51,532 bases of DNA from Parcubacteria group bacterium GW2011_GWD2_38_11. Lineage in GTDB: Bacteria > Patescibacteriota > Minisyncoccia > Moranbacterales > GWC2-37-73. Position numbers and translations under genes: made by a program. A model generated the notes under the pieces. That model was not told the origin of the DNA and ran no database searches. It saw nothing but the letters and a program-made list of their open reading frames with translations. Below, piece by piece: positions 23,241 through 32,835 of the stretch; within the stretch, counting starts at the first letter, position 1, and every line of letters starts with the position of its first letter. Where the stretch lies: contig LBTZ01000002.1 in assembly GCA_000992325.1 (NCBI GenBank), positions 1 to 51,532 on the forward strand. The letters are read 5' to 3'.

Positions 23241-23642
23241 TTAAGCTTTTTCACTTCTCAACTCATATATCCCCATGATGACAGTCAGCACAAGGAAATA
23301 ATAGGCGTAGATGGCCAAATTTTCAGCCACAGCTTCAAATTTCAAGATCAAGGCAAAAGGAGTCAAGACAAGAAAGAAAAGAGCAGGAAAGGCCAAAATT
23401 TGACTCCGTACAGGACGCAGGATGATTCCAATGAGCACAAAGAAAATCAACGTATTCATAATCCCCCATTGGAAATAAATTCCCATCGTCAAGGCCACCA
23501 AAAAAATCACAATATTCAAAACCTTTTTTGGTGTCATTTTTTTGATTTCCCAAGATTTTATTTCGGAGAAGACCTGAAAATAAATTTTCACAGTATGAGA
23601 AATCACCAATATTCTAATTTTTGACCATTTTTCTTTTAACAT
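23241..23642 (-). CDS. small membrane protein
   Basis: 133-aa ORF with 3 predicted TM helices. An alternative ATG at 23537 (MTPKKVLNIV) would give 99 aa. Confidence 0.5.
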   Translation of the reverse strand: MLKEKWSKIRILVISHTVKIYFQVFSEIKSWEIKKMTPKKVLNIVIFLVALTMGIYFQWGIMNTLIFFVLIGIILRPVRSQILAFPALFFLVLTPFALILKFEAVAENLAIYAYYFLVLTVIMGIYELRSEKA

Positions 23643-23669
23643 ATATTTTTTGGCTTAAATCCCAGTCAT

Positions 23670-25847
23670 CTAGTTATACATAATTTTTCTTTTTTTGAAA
23701 AACACATAAAGATGACGGGACAGGTAAATTATTAAAAACAAAACTGCAAGGCCACTGATGATCATGCCTTTCCACATCAAACGGATTGGATAATACTCAA
23801 TGACAATTTGTGAGATATCGTCAGGATTTTCAACACTCCAACCATTAGCATACCCGCGAGCTTTGAAATGATTTACGATTTCTTTTTCTTTTCCATCTGA
23901 ATCAATAGTATAGGCTTTCCAGAGCGGGTTGTATGTTTCCGCGAGAATTATATTTTTGCCAATTTTGTGATCTTTCACATCTATAACAAACTTCTTTGGA
24001 TTAATCTCTCTAAAATCTGCCCCGAAAGAATTGCTTTTGATCTTGTCAAAATTTCTCTCAATTGAGATAACATTTCCATGGAGATCAATATTTTCATTTT
24101 GCCAAGAGAGATATGGCAAGAAATATTCTGAGGAAATTTCATAGAGAATGAAATATTCATTTTCTTCCAGGTTCTTAATAATTCCCCTGTCCGCCAAGGC
24201 TCTCATCTTAAAAAGAGTTTTCTTCACAGAATCTTCTAGGGCATCCTTATGGTAGATGATATACTGAGAGTTCATCATCCCTAAAGTCTTAATTATCCAC
24301 GATTCATCATTAGGAGCTATATCGTTAAAATCTTCAGCATAGCCCCAGCCAGGAAAGTTATACTGGGCTCCATTGGCATCTAACAATTTTTTATTGTAAA
24401 GATTTCTAGTTATATCAACGCCATAAAATTCCCATTTGGGAAAATAACTAACTCCCGATCCATCTCCATAAGTAGCTGGCAGAGTTGCAATTTTTGATTT
24501 TTTATCATTGAAATTTACTTTTTTTCTTATAGAATAATATTCATCAGGAATTTTAATCAAAAAACTCATTTTAGCTTTCTTATAATCCTTTTCTGAATTA
24601 ACTCGATAACCAGCAGTTTGCTGAAGCTTACCAATAAAGAAAGGCAAAGGAACCATTAAAGCAAGAATCAGAAAAATGTACACTAATTTCTTATGTTTTA
24701 TATTGATTAAGGTAATTAGGAGCAAACAAGACATAATAAAAGGGATGTAGATCGCAGTCTTATCATAACCACGCAAAGTGCTGAATCCCCAAATATGATA
24801 GATAAGATAGTTTGAAATTTCAAAAGGCGGCCTAACTTTCACAATCAACATTACAAAAATCAAAAAAATTATCAGAAAAGAAAAAAACAAGAAGCGATTT
24901 TTTTCTTTTTGAGCAGAAACGAGCCCAAAGAAAACCAACCCAACAGGAATAAAAGCTAGCAAGATAAAAAGGTTTTGAAAAGATTTTAAATTTCTATAAT
25001 AAAAATTGAAAGGGAAATTATTATCATTAAATTGCATCCCTCCGAAAATATAAGAGATTGGATTGGAGGTTGATCTGATAATGGTTTCGAAATCAATAAC
25101 ATTTGAAGATGCGAGTCCCTCTACCCCACTTTTCATCTGCGGAGCCAGAGGAAAAATCCAAGAAGCACTCACCAGAAAAGAAAAGACGATAATCAAAAAT
25201 ATTTTTCCCAAAAACAATTTACTTATGGTTGCTTTTTTTATATATAAGAAAATACAAGTCAGCAGAAAAAGCAGCAGCGCAAAAGAAAGGGCAAAAGCTG
25301 GATTTCCAAAACCAGAAGATCCCAGGAACAAAACCAAGCAAAACCAAAAACCATAGCTGATTTTTTGACTATTCAAGAATTTGACAAACAGACCAATCAA
25401 AACTGGGATAAAAACATATAGCGATGGAAAATAAGAATAACCCCAATTGCCAGTAAAAAAAGAAAGAGTATAGAGATTCAAGGCGTAGAAAAGTGAGACC
25501 GCACTCCTCGGCAAGTCTTCAGATTTAGGAAAAATCAATTTGGAAAAAAGCCAGAAAGAAAGATATGATCCAAAAATGAGGTAACCCAAATAAAAAGAAA
25601 GCTGAATGGAGTCAGAAACACCAGCGAGACTAAGAAAATAAAAAAACACATAGAAAAATCCAGTTCTACCTTGAGTATCCCAAAAAAAACTAAAGAGGCT
25701 ATTCTTGGCTTCAACCAACTGATTAGTATCTCCGCCGCCGAAAACATAACCTTCAGGGAAAAGATTGACGAAAATCACCCAGACCAAAACAGCCAAACCC
25801 AGAATAAAATATTTATTTTTTTTAAAAAAAGATATAAGCTTGATCAT
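23670..25847 (-). CDS. large polytopic GT-C-like membrane protein (YfhO-like, tentative)
   Basis: The track ORF runs to 25919 but would overlap the upstream gene by 65 nt. The ATG at 25847 (MIKLISFFKK) sits 8 nt after the upstream stop. It has about 13 TM helices, a ~300 aa extracytoplasmic domain, and a final TM. The C-terminus is paralogous to 27462..30119. Confidence 0.65.
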   Translation of the reverse strand: MIKLISFFKKNKYFILGLAVLVWVIFVNLFPEGYVFGGGDTNQLVEAKNSLFSFFWDTQGRTGFFYVFFYFLSLAGVSDSIQLSFYLGYLIFGSYLSFWLFSKLIFPKSEDLPRSAVSLFYALNLYTLSFFTGNWGYSYFPSLYVFIPVLIGLFVKFLNSQKISYGFWFCLVLFLGSSGFGNPAFALSFALLLFLLTCIFLYIKKATISKLFLGKIFLIIVFSFLVSASWIFPLAPQMKSGVEGLASSNVIDFETIIRSTSNPISYIFGGMQFNDNNFPFNFYYRNLKSFQNLFILLAFIPVGLVFFGLVSAQKEKNRFLFFSFLIIFLIFVMLIVKVRPPFEISNYLIYHIWGFSTLRGYDKTAIYIPFIMSCLLLITLINIKHKKLVYIFLILALMVPLPFFIGKLQQTAGYRVNSEKDYKKAKMSFLIKIPDEYYSIRKKVNFNDKKSKIATLPATYGDGSGVSYFPKWEFYGVDITRNLYNKKLLDANGAQYNFPGWGYAEDFNDIAPNDESWIIKTLGMMNSQYIIYHKDALEDSVKKTLFKMRALADRGIIKNLEENEYFILYEISSEYFLPYLSWQNENIDLHGNVISIERNFDKIKSNSFGADFREINPKKFVIDVKDHKIGKNIILAETYNPLWKAYTIDSDGKEKEIVNHFKARGYANGWSVENPDDISQIVIEYYPIRLMWKGMIISGLAVLFLIIYLSRHLYVFFKKRKIMYN

Positions 25848-25854
25848 AAAGAAT

Positions 25855-27450
25855 TTAATTAGATTTCTCGACCCTGCTCGAAATGACCCGTTGGGAGTTT
25901 GCTTGTGTTTCAGCTTCAATTAATAATTTATCTAGACCATATTTGACAGTTTTTCTGTCTTGAAAAGTTTCATCAGTAATTATTGGTTCAATCTTCAAAT
26001 ACACGATGTTTTTGCGAAAAGCTTCGGTAATTTCTTTTTCAAAAACCTGCATTCCATCTTTTGAATCAGGATTTTTAGTAATTTCCTGCCATTTTTCATC
26101 GTCAAAGCTATATAACAATCGAACATTTTCCCAATCTAAATTGTTTTTTTGAGCAGAAAGACGGAAGCTCCTGAAAGGCAAGGCATTCTCAAATTTATAA
26201 ATGAAATTTGAATCATTCTTTGGATTTTCTCTATATATTTCTCCAAAAACAATCTTTTTTTCCTCATCAAAAGAAACATCACTAGTAAAAGAATTCAAAT
26301 CAGTCAAGGCATATTGTTTTTGAGATGGTTGAAATTTGAAAAGCATTTTTCCATCACCCAGATCTTCCAGTGTGGTTCCAAGAAAAATTCGCTGGCCAGC
26401 ATATTCCTTATAGTCAAGACCAAAAATATTAAAGTAAAGATTTCCCTTTATTGGGAAAGTTTCACCATCTTTCTTGAGAACGACTGATCCATCTGAATAA
26501 ATTTTCGAATCAGAAGATCCAAGCATTTCAAGATAATTAAATTTATTAGAATCAGCACGCTCATTATTGATGCCGAAAAAGTAATATTCCCCAACATCCA
26601 CCTTTTCATAAATTGGAAATTTGAATTTTCCATTGGGCTCGCGATATTGCATAGCCTCGGCAGAAGAGAATTTAATACTGGCCAATGCACCACCCTTAAT
26701 TTCAGGAACTGAGTTTTTAAAATCAGCCTTCCTTAAGACAAATTCGTAATTACCACCATTACCACTACCTTGTTGAATAATATTAAAATCAACTTCAATT
26801 TCTGTGATATAATCTTTTCCTGCCTTAAAAATTTGTCCGAAAATAATTTTTGGCTGTAACAATTGCTTAAATAAGACAGTGTTCTGGGCTTGAGAAGATG
26901 CAATTTTTTCCGTGTCAATCTCACCAAAAATAGTCGGGCTAATTTTTCTCATCTCATCATCATTTTTAACATTCAACCTAGTAACGCGAAAATCGCTCAG
27001 AATTACTTCAGCGCCATCAATATTTTTCTTTTCAATAATAAAATCTGTATAATTTCTATCAGTGGCAAAAATAACTTCCTTAAAGTTATCATCTTTTGAT
27101 TTCCATACAGGAAATTCTTGCAAAAAAATTTCCTGATAAAAAATATTAGTGGCTTTTATCGAAATAATTGTATCCTGGTTGGCCTTTTCACGAAAAGTCA
27201 GGCGATAGAATTCACCCATCTGAGAAGAAAAAACATCGTTTTGAAAAAATTTCAAATTAACATCAGAAAGAGATGATTCCTTAATAAGCTGCTTACAATT
27301 ACCACCCACACATTCCTTGGAGGTAATTCTTCTTAATGGAAAACCGCTATCAATAAGAAAGAAAAGGGTGAAAACGGCCAATACCCAGAAGTACCGCTGA
27401 TTCCACACGATAAATTTCCAGAAAAAATTTAATTTATTCATGATTATCAT
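25855..27450 (-). CDS. membrane-anchored extracytoplasmic protein, unknown function
   Basis: 531 aa with a single N-terminal TM (YFWVLAVFTLFFLI). The rest is soluble and beta-rich-looking. No family recognised. Confidence 0.65.
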   Translation of the reverse strand: MIIMNKLNFFWKFIVWNQRYFWVLAVFTLFFLIDSGFPLRRITSKECVGGNCKQLIKESSLSDVNLKFFQNDVFSSQMGEFYRLTFREKANQDTIISIKATNIFYQEIFLQEFPVWKSKDDNFKEVIFATDRNYTDFIIEKKNIDGAEVILSDFRVTRLNVKNDDEMRKISPTIFGEIDTEKIASSQAQNTVLFKQLLQPKIIFGQIFKAGKDYITEIEVDFNIIQQGSGNGGNYEFVLRKADFKNSVPEIKGGALASIKFSSAEAMQYREPNGKFKFPIYEKVDVGEYYFFGINNERADSNKFNYLEMLGSSDSKIYSDGSVVLKKDGETFPIKGNLYFNIFGLDYKEYAGQRIFLGTTLEDLGDGKMLFKFQPSQKQYALTDLNSFTSDVSFDEEKKIVFGEIYRENPKNDSNFIYKFENALPFRSFRLSAQKNNLDWENVRLLYSFDDEKWQEITKNPDSKDGMQVFEKEITEAFRKNIVYLKIEPIITDETFQDRKTVKYGLDKLLIEAETQANSQRVISSRVEKSN

Positions 27451-27461
27451 TTTACTATATC

Positions 27462-30119
27462 TTAAAGCTTTACATCCTTTTTAAGCGCAATATCACGCCT
27501 TGATCTCCTCCAACCATAACCCAAATAACCGAGGCATGCAAGCAGGGTTACAAGGGAAATGCCAGCTCCAACATAGAAAAGTCGCTGCGGCCAAAATTCG
27601 ACAACGAGCTCCATATCATACGTGCCATCTGAATTTTTTTTGCAAAAACTCTCATTGTCATTCCCGCGAAGGCGGGAATCCAGTCCGCACAACTCCTCAA
27701 CATCAACGATCCAACTGTTTGCATATCCGTTAGCCATAAGATGACTTTCTTCTGGCAATTGCACCACGCTATCATTATGAGCGAAGTCGAGAAATCTGTC
27801 CTCACTGTCTCCCGCCTTTTTTGCCAACCAAGTTTCAAAAATGTTCCCATTTGGCAAATTATCATTTTGAATCGTGCCTTGAAAATTTTTGGAAATAAAA
27901 TCAATATTGTATTTTTCAATATAATCCGGAACTTCTTCTTGCTTGTTACTGTCCCACTTCTGATGGCCAATTTCCTTTTCTTTGCCATCCCCCAACGTGC
28001 TAACTAACCCATTATCCAAAAAGCCAGCCAACTCTTCTTTTGATGCTTGGTCATCACCATTACCATCTAAAATCTTGTAATTATCCAAATTTGCATCTTG
28101 TATCTTGTTTTTTGTTTTTTGTTTTGGCGAAGCCAAATAGGCTTTCCATCCATCATGATATCCTTCAGACATTACCAACGGAAATACGCCTCTTGCATTA
28201 TTAATTCTAACCCTATATTTAGTTGGATTAATTTTTGAAAATTCCAAAAATGGCAACACCTTTTCATCTTCTTTTTGAGTGAAATATTGCCTTATAGAAT
28301 CCTTTCTATTAAAATTTTGCTTTGATAGGAATACTGACGAATTGATTTCGAAATTTTTATCAGCAAATACCTTCCCAATTTCAGATTCATCTAATTGTGA
28401 GATAAGCAACTTATTTGGAATGTAAAAATGAGGAAGGAAGGAATTATTATCCACAGAATAAATATCAAGCCTTCCAATACTTTTCTTATTTAATTCTTTT
28501 ATTTCTTCAAAACAGGAACTTGTTGATGGTAAAACGTCATTTTGCATTATCACATTTTTTATATTTTGAACAGCGAATGCCTTCCTCAAAATATCAATGT
28601 CTCTCTTGGTATTGTATTCGTTATAACATAATTGTTTTTTAATATTTTCATCGACGTATTTACCACTAAAAGGCGTGAAACTGGTGGTTTGTTTCATAAA
28701 GAACCGCAAGATGTTTGCTGAATCAAAATTATTTCCATTCCAGCTAAATAAGGTGTATATAAACTTGGAACTAAAGTATTGATCTGGAAAAATCTTGTAT
28801 GTATTTATTATTTTTTTATCCTTAAGTGCGACTTCATTTTCAAAATAATATCCAGGAACCTTAGTGGGCTTAGTCAAGGTGACAAAAAATTTATCAAAAA
28901 AATAATAGGAACTTAGCACAACCATAGGTATAAGAAAAAGCATTTTTATCTTATTATTTGATTTCATTTTTTCCAAAGCCAATATAAATAAAATTACAAA
29001 GGCAAAATGAACAACGAACTGAAATTTGAAGAGGGCTCTAAATAGACTAAATCCTGGAATATATTCCCAGAGCAATAAAAATAATCTACCCAGTGGATTA
29101 TTGGTTCCCATGGAAAATGCATAAGAAAATACGAAGATAACAATAAAAAAAATACTCAATTTCTTATTCCGAGAGCCCTTTGCGTAAAAAAATAAATGAA
29201 TACAGAAAACAAAAATGGCTATACTAAAAGCTGCAACTACTATATAATTTCTCGTAAAAAAACCTGCCGGATGATTTGGGTTATTTACGAAACTATGGGA
29301 GAACATGAATGGCAAAAAACTTTTAATTTGCCTACTACTTTCAGACAATACCCCCAACGCTGCATCATCCGAGTAAAAAACTATTGATTGATTTGGGCTG
29401 TTTTTTTTAATCAGAGCATCATAAGCTGGATTCATCAACCAAAAGGCATTCAAAAAAATAAAAAAACATATCGCAAACAATGACTTTGCTTTATTTTTCA
29501 ATAAATATCGCCATTTAAAAACTACTACATATAAGAAAACCACAGTCAATAGTAATACAGTGTTGAGGATATAAGAATTTACAAATAAAACAAGCATCGA
29601 CAGAACAAACACATCTTTGAATACGATCGTTCTACCTCTACAGCTGAACAAGTAGCCAATGAATAAATTAACGAATACAAAAGAGTATGCAATATCACTC
29701 TGACTCAAAACTATACCAGCAATAAGAGGATTAACAACCACGAAAAACATTACCAGCACATGGTCAATAATATTTGCCTGCTTAAATACGTTTTTTGTAA
29801 GATATATACTAGATACAATCAATCCGAAAATTGTTCCATAAAAATATAGTATGCTAACAAAATATACATCAAAAAAATGTGTCAGTATGTAAAAAATGGA
29901 TTGGAAGGGAAAAGAGATAATCATCATTGGTATGTAGTATCCATTGTCGTTATTCATCCATATAAAAGGATTCAGTAAATAAGAATTATTCTTCCACAAA
30001 CTAAAATTTCCATCTCCAAACAAAATTAATCCATTTTGACTTTTATAAAAAACAAAAGAAAAAAACAGTATACTAACTGCTGCCAACAAGAGACCAAGTT
30101 TTTTATTTATATTGAACAT
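27462..30119 (-). CDS. large polytopic GT-C-like membrane protein (YfhO-like, tentative) carrying an in-frame repeat insertion
   Basis: 885 aa with the same architecture as 23670..25847. The shared C-terminal block reads GYANSW...VVEFWPQRLFYVG plus a terminal TM. It contains the GC-rich element at 27656-27690. Confidence 0.65.
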   Translation of the reverse strand: MFNINKKLGLLLAAVSILFFSFVFYKSQNGLILFGDGNFSLWKNNSYLLNPFIWMNNDNGYYIPMMIISFPFQSIFYILTHFFDVYFVSILYFYGTIFGLIVSSIYLTKNVFKQANIIDHVLVMFFVVVNPLIAGIVLSQSDIAYSFVFVNLFIGYLFSCRGRTIVFKDVFVLSMLVLFVNSYILNTVLLLTVVFLYVVVFKWRYLLKNKAKSLFAICFFIFLNAFWLMNPAYDALIKKNSPNQSIVFYSDDAALGVLSESSRQIKSFLPFMFSHSFVNNPNHPAGFFTRNYIVVAAFSIAIFVFCIHLFFYAKGSRNKKLSIFFIVIFVFSYAFSMGTNNPLGRLFLLLWEYIPGFSLFRALFKFQFVVHFAFVILFILALEKMKSNNKIKMLFLIPMVVLSSYYFFDKFFVTLTKPTKVPGYYFENEVALKDKKIINTYKIFPDQYFSSKFIYTLFSWNGNNFDSANILRFFMKQTTSFTPFSGKYVDENIKKQLCYNEYNTKRDIDILRKAFAVQNIKNVIMQNDVLPSTSSCFEEIKELNKKSIGRLDIYSVDNNSFLPHFYIPNKLLISQLDESEIGKVFADKNFEINSSVFLSKQNFNRKDSIRQYFTQKEDEKVLPFLEFSKINPTKYRVRINNARGVFPLVMSEGYHDGWKAYLASPKQKTKNKIQDANLDNYKILDGNGDDQASKEELAGFLDNGLVSTLGDGKEKEIGHQKWDSNKQEEVPDYIEKYNIDFISKNFQGTIQNDNLPNGNIFETWLAKKAGDSEDRFLDFAHNDSVVQLPEESHLMANGYANSWIVDVEELCGLDSRLRGNDNESFCKKNSDGTYDMELVVEFWPQRLFYVGAGISLVTLLACLGYLGYGWRRSRRDIALKKDVKL
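27656..27690. repeat. GC-rich mini-element inside the 885-aa CDS
   Basis: tgtcattcccgcgaaggcgggaatccagtccgcac. It is translated on the minus strand as LCGLDSRLRGNDN. Confidence 0.85.
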
Positions 30120-30818
30120 TTATGCCTTTTTTTCACACAAAAAAATTATACTCTGACCAAGACGCGGAAATAATTTTGCAAAAACAGAAAATTGCAGATT
30201 ACCAGAATTTGAAAAGTTAACAACGTCTGATTTTTCAATCAGCGTTTTAAATTCATGCTTGTTTAATAATTTCCTCAGTGTATTAAAAGTGAAATAACGA
30301 ATATGACCAGAACTATCGTACTCATTGGGAGATACTTCAATTATTGGATTTTTACCCAAAAACAAGAATATCCTCCTTCCAAATGACGCAATATTAGGAG
30401 TGGATATAATTAACTTGCCCGAGGGTTTCAAAAGCCGTTTTATTTCTTGCAGAAAAAAATCCGTATCATATATATGTTCAATTATCTCACCAATAACAAT
30501 TACATCAAAAAGATTATCCTCAAATGGAAATTGGTTTCTATCATCAAAGAAAAATTGTTTAACTTTTATTTTTTTTTCCTCGCAAAGCTGAACTCCAAAA
30601 TCGCTCGCCTCCACCCCATGGAAATTATTATTTCTGTTTTTTACCTTTGACAAAAATGTGCCATCATAACACCCAATATCCAGCATATCGGCATTTTTAA
30701 AATTCAAATCATTAATCATGCTTAACATAATCTCAATTCTTGGATTATTTCTTAGTTCCAAGTTTCTATTCACCTCGTACATTTTTTTATATATATCTTT
30801 CATGGGTCTAATATGCAA
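30120..30818 (-). CDS. class I SAM-dependent methyltransferase
   Basis: 232 aa. Motif I MLDIGCYDGTF and motif II/III DVIVIGEIIEHI. Confidence 0.8.
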   Translation of the reverse strand: MHIRPMKDIYKKMYEVNRNLELRNNPRIEIMLSMINDLNFKNADMLDIGCYDGTFLSKVKNRNNNFHGVEASDFGVQLCEEKKIKVKQFFFDDRNQFPFEDNLFDVIVIGEIIEHIYDTDFFLQEIKRLLKPSGKLIISTPNIASFGRRIFLFLGKNPIIEVSPNEYDSSGHIRYFTFNTLRKLLNKHEFKTLIEKSDVVNFSNSGNLQFSVFAKLFPRLGQSIIFLCEKKA

Positions 30819-31800
30819 TTAAAATTGTTTCATTAGCTAAACTAAAAGGATTAATTTTTCTAATCATAAACTTATATTCCGGATTCAAATTCGCAACAAA
30901 AGGTTTTATTTCATAGAAATCTTGCGCCCTATGATAAATTGATATCAATAAAACCGGCTTTTGTTCTTGGATGGTTTTTTTTGCACCTATAATTGACTTA
31001 TATTCGGCACCTTCAATATCCATTTTAATTAACCCGATTTTCAATTTATTCTCCCCTGCAAATTCATCTATTGTTATTACTTCAATATTTTCTCCATCAC
31101 CCCCATCAGTTATTGTAGCCATCAATCCCTCACTTTTTATTTGAAGCGAAGCTTTTTCATCGCCCAGCCCATTATTTACAGCAACAACATTATTCAGTCT
31201 ATATTCTCCAATAACCTTTTTAAGATTTTCATAATTGTTTTTTTGTGGCTCAAAAGAATATATCTTATTAAATGAATATTCCCCACTGAATACAATTGCA
31301 CTATCACCAATAAAAGCTCCTGCGTCAATAACATCTCCACCCTTCATTTTTTCAGCTCTTTCTCTTGGTACAAAATTCAGGCCATTATGATAAAAAAATG
31401 TTTCCACCGGAAAAGAATTCAACATTGGATAAAGCTTCTTGTATCCACTTAAATCAATATCGTCTTGCTGCCTAATTTCTTCTTTACTAAAATATTCATT
31501 ATTCAAAATATTATTAGTATAAATATATTTTTGCCTCTCCAATAATCTGTCAATAAGTTCTTGACTCTCATCATCAAGATTTTCCTTCAGCTGTTTGATT
31601 TTTTCCTCTTTTCCAAAATAAAATAAGAAATCTCGAGCTCTTTCAAAATCCATATCATCCCTGAAGCTGAATTTGAAAATATTTGGAAGAATTCCAAAAA
31701 GAAGATTCGCTAACGCAAACGCTCTCCATTCTGTTTTAATTGAGACATTAAAAAGGCTCAGTATATTTTTGGCAAAACTAAATAATTTTATCTTCATCAC
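30808..31800 (-). CDS. FkbM family methyltransferase
   Basis: 330 aa with VIDAGAFIGDSAIVF and LIKMDIEGAEY. Tandem paralogue of 31804..32817. Confidence 0.85.
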   Translation of the reverse strand: MMKIKLFSFAKNILSLFNVSIKTEWRAFALANLLFGILPNIFKFSFRDDMDFERARDFLFYFGKEEKIKQLKENLDDESQELIDRLLERQKYIYTNNILNNEYFSKEEIRQQDDIDLSGYKKLYPMLNSFPVETFFYHNGLNFVPRERAEKMKGGDVIDAGAFIGDSAIVFSGEYSFNKIYSFEPQKNNYENLKKVIGEYRLNNVVAVNNGLGDEKASLQIKSEGLMATITDGGDGENIEVITIDEFAGENKLKIGLIKMDIEGAEYKSIIGAKKTIQEQKPVLLISIYHRAQDFYEIKPFVANLNPEYKFMIRKINPFSLANETILIAY

Positions 31801-31803
31801 TGT

Positions 31804-32817
31804 TTATTTATTAATATAGGCAATAAGCATTATTTCTTGCGCGAGACTATATGGATTGAATTTTCTAATTACAAATTCATATCCACAATCCAAACTTTCT
31901 AGATATGGCTTTATTTCAAAAAAATCTTTTCCTCTGTGGTATATTGATATCACCAAGACTGGTTTGAATTTTTTAATCGTTTCTGTCGCTCCCAATACCG
32001 CATTATATTCAGACCCCTCTATGTCCATTTTTATCAAACCAATATTGGCATTATTTTTTCCTACAAAATCATCTATGGTAACAATATTTATTGATTCATC
32101 TCCAGCATCACCAACATAAGAACCTGGGCCTTGAGATTTTATTTTGATTTGACCAACAAAATCCCCAACCCCTTTTTCAACCGCAAGCACATTAGATAAG
32201 TTATTCTCCTTTATATTAGTGACTAATTTAGAGAAATTGTTTTTTTCAGGCTCAAATGCATATATTTTGTGAAAATCATATTCCTTATTGAAAATAACAG
32301 AAGAATCACCCCAGAAAGCTCCCGCATCCACAACATCTGTCCCAATAAGGGATTTTTTAACCTCAGCCGGAAGCAATTTTAGACCATTATGATAAAAGGA
32401 GATAACCTCATCAACAAATCCTGGAAGATTATTCTTACTTTTCCTCTCCCTATCCAAGAGTGACTGCTCTTTCAACTCTTCCTGATTAAAAAATTGATCA
32501 GTATCCATCAAGCTATGCGTATAAATATACTCAAACCTCTTAAGAATCTCATCTACCAAAACGCAACTAGTTTCATCTAAATCCTTTTTTAAATCCAGGA
32601 TGAACTTATTTTCATCGTAACTACCACCAAGTAAATAATACTTGACGAAACTCTCGGCAAACATAAAACTGCTCTCATCTCGAACAATATATTTACCCTT
32701 ACTAAAAAATGAAAAGATTATCAGATTTACAAAATTAGACAATTTAATAATATTTTTGAGCGGCGCATTCAAAAATTTCAATACTCTATAAATAAGCTGG
32801 AAAAGTTTTGTTTTCAT
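31804..32817 (-). CDS. FkbM family methyltransferase
   Basis: 337 aa with VVDAGAFWGDSSVIF and LIKMDIEGSEY. Confidence 0.85.
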   Translation of the reverse strand: MKTKLFQLIYRVLKFLNAPLKNIIKLSNFVNLIIFSFFSKGKYIVRDESSFMFAESFVKYYLLGGSYDENKFILDLKKDLDETSCVLVDEILKRFEYIYTHSLMDTDQFFNQEELKEQSLLDRERKSKNNLPGFVDEVISFYHNGLKLLPAEVKKSLIGTDVVDAGAFWGDSSVIFNKEYDFHKIYAFEPEKNNFSKLVTNIKENNLSNVLAVEKGVGDFVGQIKIKSQGPGSYVGDAGDESINIVTIDDFVGKNNANIGLIKMDIEGSEYNAVLGATETIKKFKPVLVISIYHRGKDFFEIKPYLESLDCGYEFVIRKFNPYSLAQEIMLIAYINK

Positions 32818-32835
32818 TTTTATAAGATTTATTAA

